Part shown: positions 53,635 through 64,000 of the stretch, piece after piece | How positions within the stretch are numbered: position 1 is the stretch's first letter | Layout of the letters: each line of letters opens with the position of its first letter | Source: Haliotis rubra | Lineage: Eukaryota | DNA length: 64,000 bases | Reading direction: 5' to 3' | NCBI RefSeq assembly: GCF_003918875.1 | Contig: NW_025767630.1 | Coordinates: 310,001 to 374,000 of the forward strand | Position numbers and translations under genes: made by a program | The notes under the pieces: model-generated | What the model saw: the letters and a program-made list of their open reading frames with translations, nothing else | Told to the model about the DNA's origin: nothing | Database searches by the model: none

Positions 53635-55439
53635 TTTTAGGGTGCAAAGGAGGTCTTACTGATGCCTTGATGAAGACGATGGAGAATGGAATGACGACAG
53701 CGGCGAACAAGAAGTGATTTATATGTTGGTTTGACAACTTGAGTGAACAAGCGTGTCATGATGATAAGTGTTTTAACACGTCATGGCGACCTATCGATTA
53801 GCTGATTGGCGATCTGATCGATGCATTGTGATTGGCAACGTGATTGCATCTCACAACTGAGCAGATGATGTTAAACCTTAATTGGTAATGATTAATGATT
53901 TAAATTTAATGCTATTTATGTCCCGTGTCAGCCTGTTACTTTGTGCCGTTTTTGTAATTAATTAGTTTAAGGATCCCCCAACAGTGAAAGTAAAGAAAAT
54001 AGAAATAATATAAAAAAAACTGAGAGTTTCTTTTTATTGTCGCCTACTCTGCAAAACCCATTAATTCAGAGTAATGATCAGAGTAGTCTCCAGCAGCATT
54101 ATTGTAATTTCACATGACGAGGCCAAGACTGACTGAATAATATAATGAGAAAGTGTAATCCCAAATATAACATGTGTTACGTACATGATCTTGTTCACCT
54201 TATAACAAACACAAAGGATTTGTTTATATCTGTCGACCATTGTTGAGAAGTTAAGGTGAAAAATGTGGCGTTTGTATAATGCATATTCATACACTTTGAT
54301 CATATTTACAAGTGTACCTTTTGATGCGTATCATAAGTTGAATGACCAAAACCTGTCGATGTTGTTGACAAAGCGAGGAATGTCTGATACTATTTTTTTA
54401 TTTTCCATTTTGAAAAGATAACCAAATATACCACCGCTCCTCTCCACAACTTCTCATGACAAAGTCATTTTTTTACCGTTAAAGATGTTACTGTGGAAAC
54501 GTGGATTGTGTGTGACCACAAGAAGGAACTACATTATTTATTGAGAAGCAAAGACGAAAATTATCTGTCTTTAAATTATTTGGAATTCCAAAATTATCAT
54601 TATGAATAGTTTAATTATCCAGCTGTTTTTATTATTGAATTTAAAACATCAATTAGCCCGCTTATTTTCTTTTCAGTTCTATCATGTTGAGGAAAGTTCA
54701 GGTTGAATATGAAATGATGAATTGAAAGGGAACTCCCCAAAAATAGAATATTTGCAACAACCTGCAAACAATAGATATTTTCAAAGATTTATGGAATGTG
54801 GGCATAAGATTTTTTACGTGGCCTTGTGTAAACATAAATCTACTGTTGGAATGTCCGTGTTACGTTATGCCAGAAATATTCTGTTGCCGCACTATCAAAA
54901 TATGACAATATTGTTAGAATCACAAACATATGGCTTTTTCAGGTTCTCAACAATGTAGTCACGTTTATCTAAACAAACAAAGACATAAAAACACCATGAA
55001 TTCTCTATGATTTCTTGTTGGAGATTTATCAGAGCTCTTCCGGTGAAGTCTGTGTCACGCCCGAGACAAACATCATCGAGGCGTAAAAGTAACGTTTAGC
55101 GTGACTTAACTAGTTGTCAAGTATACTAGTATTTCCGGACGGAGGGGTCAATCTTCGTGGGGTCAGCGGCTTGATTGCCTGGGCAGTAACGTTCACTTAG
55201 TTGTAAAAACATATTGACTGATTGACCGGTGTGAAATAATTAAGAAAACAAGTTCATAACGGCACTGCTCATCACAGATTAATCACTGCACTGACCAGCA
55301 CTGACCACGGACCGGTCACAGTGTGACACGATACTCGTCATGTGTCAGCACATCCAAGCTGACAAAGTCCCGAGTATAAAGGTAACAGAATCAGGTCTAC
55401 AGGCACTTCTCCCCTCACCTTCTCCTGGAAATCTACGCA

Positions 55440-56105
55440 ATGTCGGACACATCATATGACCTCATGTCCTCCGACTTGGAAGAATCAGCAGACGTCATCG
55501 CTCTCAGTTTCAACATGGCTGACCCCTTGTGTTTCACTTGCTGTGACGTCATCACCGACCAGTTCTATCTACGTGCGGGGGATCACGTGTATCACGAACA
55601 CTGTCTGCGTTGCTGTGTGTGTCAGGTGACGCTTGGTGGACATTCTACTTGCTTCGTCAGAGACGGGGACATATTCTGTCAGAGAGACTTCGCCTACGTT
55701 TATAAGACAAGGTGTAGTTCCTGTTTAAGACCCATCGAGTCTGGAGATTGGGTGAGATCGGCCGGTGAGAACATGTACCACCTTGCATGTTTCTCGTGCA
55801 GCATGTGCAAGAGACAATTGTCCACAGGAGAAGACTTCGCCATCCACGACGGTCGGGTACTTTGCCGAGTCCACGCCCTCAACCCCGACGAAGAGAACGT
55901 TAACTGCAGACACAATTCCAAGCGATGCCGAACAGCCTTCAACAAGGACCAGGTAGCAGTTTTACAGAGGTACTTCGACCTTGACACCAAACCTACCGGA
56001 AGTGATCTCGGGAGGATTGCCGAAGAAGCGGGCCTTCCAAGACGAGTGGCCCAAGTGTGGTTCCAAAATTCACGTGCTAAACTCAAGAAGAGAGCCATGC
56101 AGTGA
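55440..56105 (+). CDS. Intronless LIM-homeobox gene, copy 6, 221 aa
   Basis: Intact ORF with private changes (HVYH, KRCRT, DTKP, WFQNSRAK); TATAAA at 55375-55380. Confidence 0.93.
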   Translation: MSDTSYDLMSSDLEESADVIALSFNMADPLCFTCCDVITDQFYLRAGDHVYHEHCLRCCVCQVTLGGHSTCFVRDGDIFCQRDFAYVYKTRCSSCLRPIESGDWVRSAGENMYHLACFSCSMCKRQLSTGEDFAIHDGRVLCRVHALNPDEENVNCRHNSKRCRTAFNKDQVAVLQRYFDLDTKPTGSDLGRIAEEAGLPRRVAQVWFQNSRAKLKKRAMQ

Positions 56106-58398
56106 ACTTTTGATCTTGCGTGTCAGGTAGTGCTCTATTTATGTGCTGTGTTAGTCACGGGTATCTGAAGACACCCGCATCTATTTATCCGGCCTCCATC
56201 GATTCATGGGTCAAGTGCTATGAAACTTATTACCCTGTGCAGCAAATCCCGGTAAAATGAACCACAAAGGAACGTTTTACATGATTAGACAGGCCGAGGT
56301 TTTCGGGGGTGGCTAGAATTGCCTGTTTCTTTTAAATTCCCACTGTTCTTTATAAGATACAATTGTCATGCTTTGCCCTTTAAATCATTTTTTTCTGCAT
56401 ATGTTTATGTGACCAACATGTCATTGCATCGCACCTGTGATCAATAATTGCTTCATGTTATTAAAATGTCTATTATTGCCTCTGAAGTAATAGCATGGCA
56501 TTTGACATTCTTCTACATGTGAATAATAAACAAAGAATGCATACATTTGTTTCTTGTATAGTTGTGTACAATCTCTCAGATTCCCTTGAGATAAGAAGGC
56601 TGGGATCGAAGCGATCGTTTCAACCACATACATGTCTATATACAGAATATATACAAACATCTTTACATACATACTATATGCACTATGTGAGATTAGAGCT
56701 GTTGCTTGCAGGGAATCCTGGTATTCTGATATGTTTAGTTTAGCAGTCTGATTAGGGCTGTGAATGGAATGGAATATTTGCTTTTATTGGCAGCTCATGT
56801 GACCATGACGTAAGATTCAGATATATGTAAGGTGTGTAACAGCCAATTCTTTTTCACGTATTTACACACTGAACTAACGAAACCATGTGATCTGATTTTT
56901 CTGTGAATATAAAGATTCAGCATTACAAACAAACCAAATAACAAATACAAACTTCCCCCAAACAACTAAAACAAATATCCATTAGTTTGCATGACACGAG
57001 GGATGTCGTAAACTTTATGTCTGAACACCCGGTATCAAGACTTTCATAGTGGTTTATAAACACATGCTCTGTCATCGTATCACATGGTGACAATCACTGG
57101 ATTGTCTGCTCCGGACTCGATTTGTTTACAAACATCATCGTACAGCTGTGATACTGCTGAAACAAATATATACTCATGATATAGTCACAATTGTACAACC
57201 GGCTCTGCTTTCAGAAGAGATTTCTTGTGGATGTGGACATGGTTTTGTCGCTTCAGTTTGCAGGTACAACACTCTCATTCAACTCAAATATTGTTTGCTC
57301 AGAACTTTAGGTCTCAAAAGAAGTTATACCGTAGACACGTAGAAGACATTTCCAAAATTTGACTCATCGGTCTCTCCAGTGCAATTCTCATTAGTTTCAG
57401 GTGGCAAATGACTTGCCTTTGTATGTGTTTGTGAATGGTTCCCCGGAGGAGCCGGATATCACATGGTTATCGCTGTTTGACAGGGATTTCTAAACACACA
57501 TGTTGTGATACAGTTGACATTTACAAAGACAACGTGTTAAGGCAGAAAATATTTTTTGCATTTTCAAAGAACTGATAACATCTTTAAATGAGAGTTATAG
57601 ATCCGTATGGTGAACAAATGAGATGCTTTCTTTGGATAAACAACTTCTTTCCCACAGTAAGCTATCACTTATCTCAGTGTTAATATCTACACTGCAGTCA
57701 CTGTAAAATATATCACGATATCCATGTAGTTATTTCCCCCTTTCTCCAAACAACGTATTTATGCTGCCATTCATCACCACTCGCCCCTTTCCGTAACCTT
57801 CAGGAAGACTCGTCCACTATCAATGAATAGTATGTGAGGAAATACGACATGCCAGTCAGAATACTTACGTTACTTCCGGTCCATCGATCAAAAAATCTTT
57901 CAGGATTGTCTATCAATTTCAAATACATCTTGTATCTCAAAATATATCAAAGATACAATTAATTGTGTCCAACTTAAGTTTTAACTGTGTCAACATAAAG
58001 CCTACTTAATTCGATGTGCTTTAAAAAACATCATATATTATATAAACATGTAAAATATAAGTGAATTAGAAGGCCCCAGTTGACAACTGTTTCGTACGTA
58101 CGCGCTTAGATGGAACCAGTATGATCACAAGACGTGACGAGTCTCTTTTCTGCTTGTTAAGTTAATTCGTTGGGTTTCTTTGAAACCACACTTTGGACAC
58201 TCTTCACATCTCCTTTGTGATCACCCCAAGGTCAGGCAGACAGACTTACAGACATTGATTCATTTCATCTTTCATTTATTTCTATATGCGTTGATTAAAT
58301 AGATGTGGTTGATTTCTACAATACATACATATACCAGGATTCACCACAGTACATAAACAGTTTACATAAAGCACTAGCTGACACGCGAACTCGAATGT

Positions 58399-59076
58399 TC
58401 AGTGCATGGCTCTCTTGAGCTTAGCTCGGGCATTCTGGAACCATACTTGGGCCACTCTTCTGGGAAGACCCGCTTCTTCGGCGATCATCCCGAGGTCACT
58501 TCCTGTAGGGTTGGTGTCAAGGTCGAAGCACTTCTGTAAAACAGCTACCTGGTCCTCGTTGAAGGCTGTTCGGAATCTCTTGGACTTTGGTCTGCAGTTG
58601 AAGTTCTCGTCGTCGGGGTTGAGGACGTGAACGCGGCAAAGTACTCGACCGTCGTGGATGGCGAAGTCTTCTCCTGTGGACAACTGTCTTTGGCACGTGC
58701 TGCATGAGAAACATGCAAGGTGGTACATGTTCTCACCGGCCGATCTCACCCAATCTCCAGACTCGATCGGCCTTAAACAGGAACTACATTTGGTCTTATA
58801 AACCTGGGCGAAGTCTCTCTGACAGAATATGTTTCCGTTCCTGACGAAGCAAGTAGAATGTCCACCGAGCGTCACCTGACACACACAGCAACGCAGACAG
58901 TGCTCGTGCCACACGTGATCCCCAGCACGTAGATAGAACTGGTCAGTGATGACGTCACAGCACGTGAAACACAAGGGGTCAGCCATGTTGAAACTGAGAG
59001 CGATGAAGTCTGCTGACTCCTCCAAGTCAGAGGAAAGATAGTCATATGATATGTCCGACATTTTGGAGGAACCCAT
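58399..59076 (-). CDS. Intronless LIM-homeobox gene, copy 7 (225 aa from first ATG; paralog-equivalent ATG at 59061 gives 220 aa)
   Basis: Intact LIM-LIM-HD ORF; TATAAA on minus strand at 59145-59150. Confidence 0.94.
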   Translation of the reverse strand: MGSSKMSDISYDYLSSDLEESADFIALSFNMADPLCFTCCDVITDQFYLRAGDHVWHEHCLRCCVCQVTLGGHSTCFVRNGNIFCQRDFAQVYKTKCSSCLRPIESGDWVRSAGENMYHLACFSCSTCQRQLSTGEDFAIHDGRVLCRVHVLNPDDENFNCRPKSKRFRTAFNEDQVAVLQKCFDLDTNPTGSDLGMIAEEAGLPRRVAQVWFQNARAKLKRAMH

Positions 59077-59399
59077 GGTGAACTATAGCAATACACCTAT
59101 GTTTTCAGGAGGAGAAACGTACAACTCGGAGCACACTTACACCATTTATAGGTTGAAGTTGGCACATTAGAGTGAACGACAGTGTCATGACACTGACTGT
59201 TGTGACACGCACAGTGGTCACCGATCGTCGTAATCAGTTGATGTCCAATCAAGGATTAATCACCCAGTCGTGTGACCATATCTCATAGTAACATTAAAAA
59301 AACACCCAATCATTAGGCCCCCTCGCACGGGTCATCTCAGTACGATAACAGCTTTATTATACGCTGATTGCTATGAATACACAAGGCGTTCAATAAAAA

Positions 59400-59725
59400 C
59401 ATGATGTGTTTGATGCAAAAATATATCCTAGTCTTTTATATAGCGCAGAAATGTGGAGAATAAATACATTTGGAAAATTAGAAAAGGTAAATCTGTATGC
59501 TTGTAAAAGGTTTTTGGGTGTTAAACAAAACACTCCAAATATCATGATCTGTGGAGAATGCGACAGGTTTCCTTTATATATACATGTATATGCTCATATT
59601 TGAAAGTAATCCGGTATTGCATAAAGGTATTACACACGCCAACATATCGCTTACCAAAGAAATGCTATAATATGATGCTTTTATTTGATGGAAATGTGGA
59701 TAAAAACTGGGTTACTGATGTAACA
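59400..59725 (+). mobile_element. Fragment of a related RTE-X-like LINE ORF2 (post-RT region)
   Basis: FDAKIYPSLLYSAEMW...CKRFLGVKQNTPNIMICGECDRFP...RLPKKCYNMM parallels 2080-2400. Confidence 0.75.
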
Positions 59726-60523
59726 AATGTTATATTTGGGATTGCACTTTCTTAGTAAATTACAGATTCTAGTACGTTTCTTAGGTTGAGCCCCATCCGG
59801 GATTCGAACCCACACCCTCAATTATAGCATAAAAACACACAAAAGATGACCCTTTTTTCCAAGTATGAAACTATGGATATATAGAAAATGATTTTTGGGT
59901 CGGGTGTCGGGCTGAATACAAATGATGGGTTTCTGCACTATATTGCAGATGCTCTTATATCACTGTAGTTAATTTGTAATACAGTGAACGATCAACGTTT
60001 CTCATATGCAACAATCGGGTCTTCTTTTAAGTAAAATGTACATCTAAGTGTATCAGATTCACATATTGTGCGTCTAAATGTATGATGTTGTATTTTATAT
60101 ATTAAATCGAACTTTATCGTTGCTGATCCGAATATATGATACGACTAATCAGGTCAAAATATCTATATTCAGATACATGTAATACTTTCACAGAAAAAAT
60201 ATTCCTAAAAATAAAAATGTCATATTTTTCTGATGCGGCTGACTGAAGCTTCGCCGTCTTGAAATTTAAACTGGTTAATTAGGTGATCAAGTGATCAGTT
60301 AATCATTACAGAAAACACCTGATTACTAATCAATCAGCAATTGCTGCTGTGACACGCGCTGGTGACGTCACAGCGTGTCATAACGGTCTTCACTCCTCGT
60401 CATGGCATATGCGTTCACTCGGAACTGCCACCGATGCATATATTAACTGCTGTGCACAACATTTTCAGCATCACTTATCACGTTATCTTCATCTTGCTCT
60501 ATTTCCCCCGGTGCTTCTTCACA

Positions 60524-61186
60524 ATGTCGGACATGTCATATGATCTCCTCTCCTCCGACTTGGAAGAGTCAGTAGACTTCATCGCTCTCAGTTTCAACAT
60601 GGCTAACCCCTTGTGTTTCTCTTGCTGTGACGTCATCACTGACCAGTACTATCTACGTGCTGGGGATCGCGTGTGGCACGAGCACTGTCTGCGTTGCTGT
60701 GTGTGTCAGGTGACGCTTGATGGACATTCTACTTGCTTCGTCAGAGACGGGAACATATTCTGCCAGAGAGACTTCGCCTACGTTTACCAGACAAAGTGTA
60801 GTTCCTGTTTACGACCCATCGAGTCTGGAGATTGGGTGAGATCGGCCGGTGAGAACATGTACCACCTTGCATGTTTCTCGTGCAGCATGTGCAAGAGACA
60901 GTTGTCCACAGGAGAAGACTTTGCCATCCACGACGGTCGAGTACTTTGCCGCGTTCACGTCCTCAACCCCGACGACGAGAGCTTCAACTGCAGACCAAAG
61001 TCCAAGCGATTCCGAACAGCCTTCAACGAGGACCAGGTAGCTGTTTTACAGAGGTACTTCGACCATCACACTAATCCTACCGGAAGTGACCTCGGAAGGA
61101 TCGCCGAAGAAGCGGGTCTTCCCAGAAGAGTGGCCCAAGTATGGTTCCAGAATGCCCGAGCTAAGCTCAAGAGAGCCATGCAATGA
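60524..61186 (+). CDS. Intronless LIM-homeobox gene, copy 8, 220 aa
   Basis: ATG at 60524 (MSDMSYDLL...); the track start at 60362 is GTG and lies upstream of the TATA-like box at 60439. Domains intact. Confidence 0.94.
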   Translation: MSDMSYDLLSSDLEESVDFIALSFNMANPLCFSCCDVITDQYYLRAGDRVWHEHCLRCCVCQVTLDGHSTCFVRDGNIFCQRDFAYVYQTKCSSCLRPIESGDWVRSAGENMYHLACFSCSMCKRQLSTGEDFAIHDGRVLCRVHVLNPDDESFNCRPKSKRFRTAFNEDQVAVLQRYFDHHTNPTGSDLGRIAEEAGLPRRVAQVWFQNARAKLKRAMQ

Positions 61187-63937
61187 ACTGACTTTCTGTC
61201 TGGTATTTAAGTGCTAATGTAATGCTAATTTAGTCTGTCTCAATATATGCACACGTATTTATATCGTTGTATCTGCTTGAAGGGGACATACCTCCCCCAA
61301 ACCTTTCTGTACGTGCTTATAAGTTCTTAAGTCAACGTCTCAGTGCTGAGCTTCGTAATAGTGAAGAGAAATAGAATGAGACATTATGTGTGAACACTGC
61401 ATTCGTACGTGTATGCGTAAAATATGTAGGTACGTATACCTCAATTGTGAATAAATTCAACATGAATCATCAACTTACTTCATTTGTCTGACATCGATCG
61501 CGATGGTTGCACTTTTGACGTCCAGTGTAAGACCTCCCTGCTGCAATCCTTTGGGGAGGCGTGAAGATCCAGGATGGAATTTGTCTTCAGTAACCCATGA
61601 TTGTCGTAAGAATCGAGTATCTGTATCGTTGGTCAGGTTCGCTGACTTGGTTGATGCTTGTCATCGTATACGAATAGCGTAGATAGGTGTCATGATATCA
61701 ATCACTGGATTGATTGGTCCAGGTTCGATAATGTACAGACCGCTGTGATTGCTGGAATATTACCGAGAGCGGATTTCAAACAACAAATCAAGTCATTTAA
61801 TCCTTTATGCTACCACTGTGGTACACGAGTATATACTGTACCGTATTTTTACCACTTGTACCGTATATGTTCCGTCCGTGATAACGCTGGATATGTAACA
61901 GGAAATATGTATAATTACTAGTACCTAAAAATTTAGTAATTATGTATAGTGTCTGTGTCACTCAGGAATTATGTATATTTACTGAAATATTCAGTAATTA
62001 TACATATTTACTGATTATACATATTTCCTGTAACATATACACGCAGATATATGTTACTTGTATGGTATACGATATCTTGGCTGACAGTAGTGTGAATAAT
62101 CGAAATAATTTCAGAAAGTGTCTTTCGCGCTTTATGTCTTGTAGGGCAATAAAACTTTTATATTTAGATGAGCTTGGATAACAAAGATCTTTTTCTTGTC
62201 AATGCATACATCGATATGCACTAAAATAAGGACATGTAAGTAGATAATCTGATGAGATATCGATGAAGCACCAGTTTCAACCCGATCATGATTTTGTATA
62301 GTGAGTTGATAATACTTGGTCATCGTTAAGTCAAAGGTTAGTATGCAGTACCTTCCCCCCATGAAGTTGGGTGGGTGACTTCAGCAGTTTCAGCAGTCTC
62401 ATACCTCTGTTCTGCCCAGCGTTGATTCACATCTTCCCGAAACAAGAGGCTTTGTTCTAAATGTGTCTCTATTCACCCAGTAGTAAATGGGTTCCTTGTA
62501 GGATACAATAGTAGTTTGGGTTGTTAACCTAGTGACTCACAGTCAGCTTGGGTTGCATACTCCCCAGAGAGCTGAGAAAGAAAACCTCATGCACACAGAT
62601 CCTAGATAATGTACGCTCTGGGTTTACCCTGGTCCTTGGATTCAGCGCGGTAGATATGCTTAATAATATACCCTTGACGATCCGTGTTAGAATTGGTCTT
62701 CAGCAACCCATGCTCATCGTATGAGGCAGCAAACGGGACCGGGTGGTCAGGCTCGCTGACTTGGTTGACACATGTCATCGTATCCCAACTGCGTAGATCG
62801 ACGCTCATGTTGTTGATCATTGGATTGTCTGGTCCAGACTCGATTATTTACAGACCGCCGCCATATAGCTGGAATATTGCTGAGTGCGGCGTTAAACACC
62901 AACCAACCAACCAATCAAAGCCGTTAAGTATTTATAGTGAGATAGTTGTGTAAGCATTCTGGTTGGCAGCACCTTGTACATAAAATGGTCCCGATTATTA
63001 TTTAACAAGCTAGACATTGGAATTTTACTGCAGTTATAAGACGAGACTGTGCGCATATGTACATGAAATGGCAATTCACATACATTCAGAGAGCTGTATG
63101 TTCCTTCAAAGGTTGCTGCAGGTTGTCAAAGCCGAGAATTTGATCCACATTTTATATTTTACAAGTGACGAAACCCTTCACATGTTCACAAGAATCTCCA
63201 CTAAAAGCTGAATTTATTGTTCGATTTCGCCTAGGTCATGACCATGTGTTTATGAATCACTATTAAATTGTGATCACACAAGGTCTTTCAGAGACGATGA
63301 ACGTACTCTACCCAACTGGCAGCACCCGCCATACACACATGCACGTCAGTTGTTCACCTGCAAATCATACAAACAAATCACACACCAACATTACCCACTT
63401 GTAATAGGCCACAGTAGCACTCAAAGAAACAAGCAATGATTACACGATGGTAATGTATTCTATGATTAAAGTCCCAATATATAGTTATTTTATCATTTTT
63501 GTCACAGATGCGTCAACTTTTACATGACATCTACTTTTTGAAACCTTTACTGAGGCCATGGGTTTCGTAACTTTACTCAGATAACATTCCAGCGAATGTC
63601 GTATGCCGCTTTTTGCTCGATTTTACCTTAAATGTGGTGAAATGCTAACACCAAAGGTTAGAGTTGCGGGGATATTGCGAGAATAAAGCGCCAGTACTCT
63701 CTTTGAAAGTTGAAGCAATCCCTCTTGGCCATTCAGTTTTGGGGACAGAGTTTTGGCATTCTGAATGTGTTTCGCATAACAGTCCAATAAAAGATCATCT
63801 GTATATCTAAAGTCTACACATGTTCAACTTCTTATCCATATTGCCTTGTTTTGAATTTGCCAATCAGAACAAACATTTTAGTTTGACGTGCATAATGAAA
63901 CATATTATCTGGAGGGTATGTGTGTGTGCGTACGTGC

Positions 63938-63973
<36 letters not shown>

Positions 63974-64000
63974 TGCAAAACTGGGGCCCATCGGGATGAC

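Noticed and set aside
62465-62580. Possible old CORE-type SINE fragment (CACCCAGTAGTAAATGGGT)
   Set aside because: It is a single degenerate copy with no clear head or TSD.

Overview
Eukaryotic (animal) genomic DNA, AT-rich and repeat-rich, with five N-runs. The SINE/LINE complement suggests a mollusc, probably a gastropod such as abalone (inference). Bases 1-37 kb are mostly non-coding: at least three SINE families, decayed LINEs (RTE-X-like and I/Nimb-like), a deleted Tc1 element, MITEs, four minisatellites and one intact tRNA-Asp(GTC). The main result is at 37.8-61.2 kb: a cluster of eight intact, intronless genes of about 220 codons encoding minimal LIM-LIM-homeodomain proteins most similar to Arrowhead/Lhx6/8. 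Their orientations are -,+,+,+,-,+,-,+, giving three head-to-head pairs plus two recent ~4.42-kb tandem duplicates. Coding sequences are homogenised in a patchwork while flanks are mostly unalignable, except for a bipartite promoter motif (TCATGRCA-N5-GTTCACTC) 17-19 bp upstream of a TATA-like box. This looks like a lineage-specific, retrocopy-derived, concertedly evolving LIM-homeobox array. No database searches were run, so family names rest on recalled motifs.
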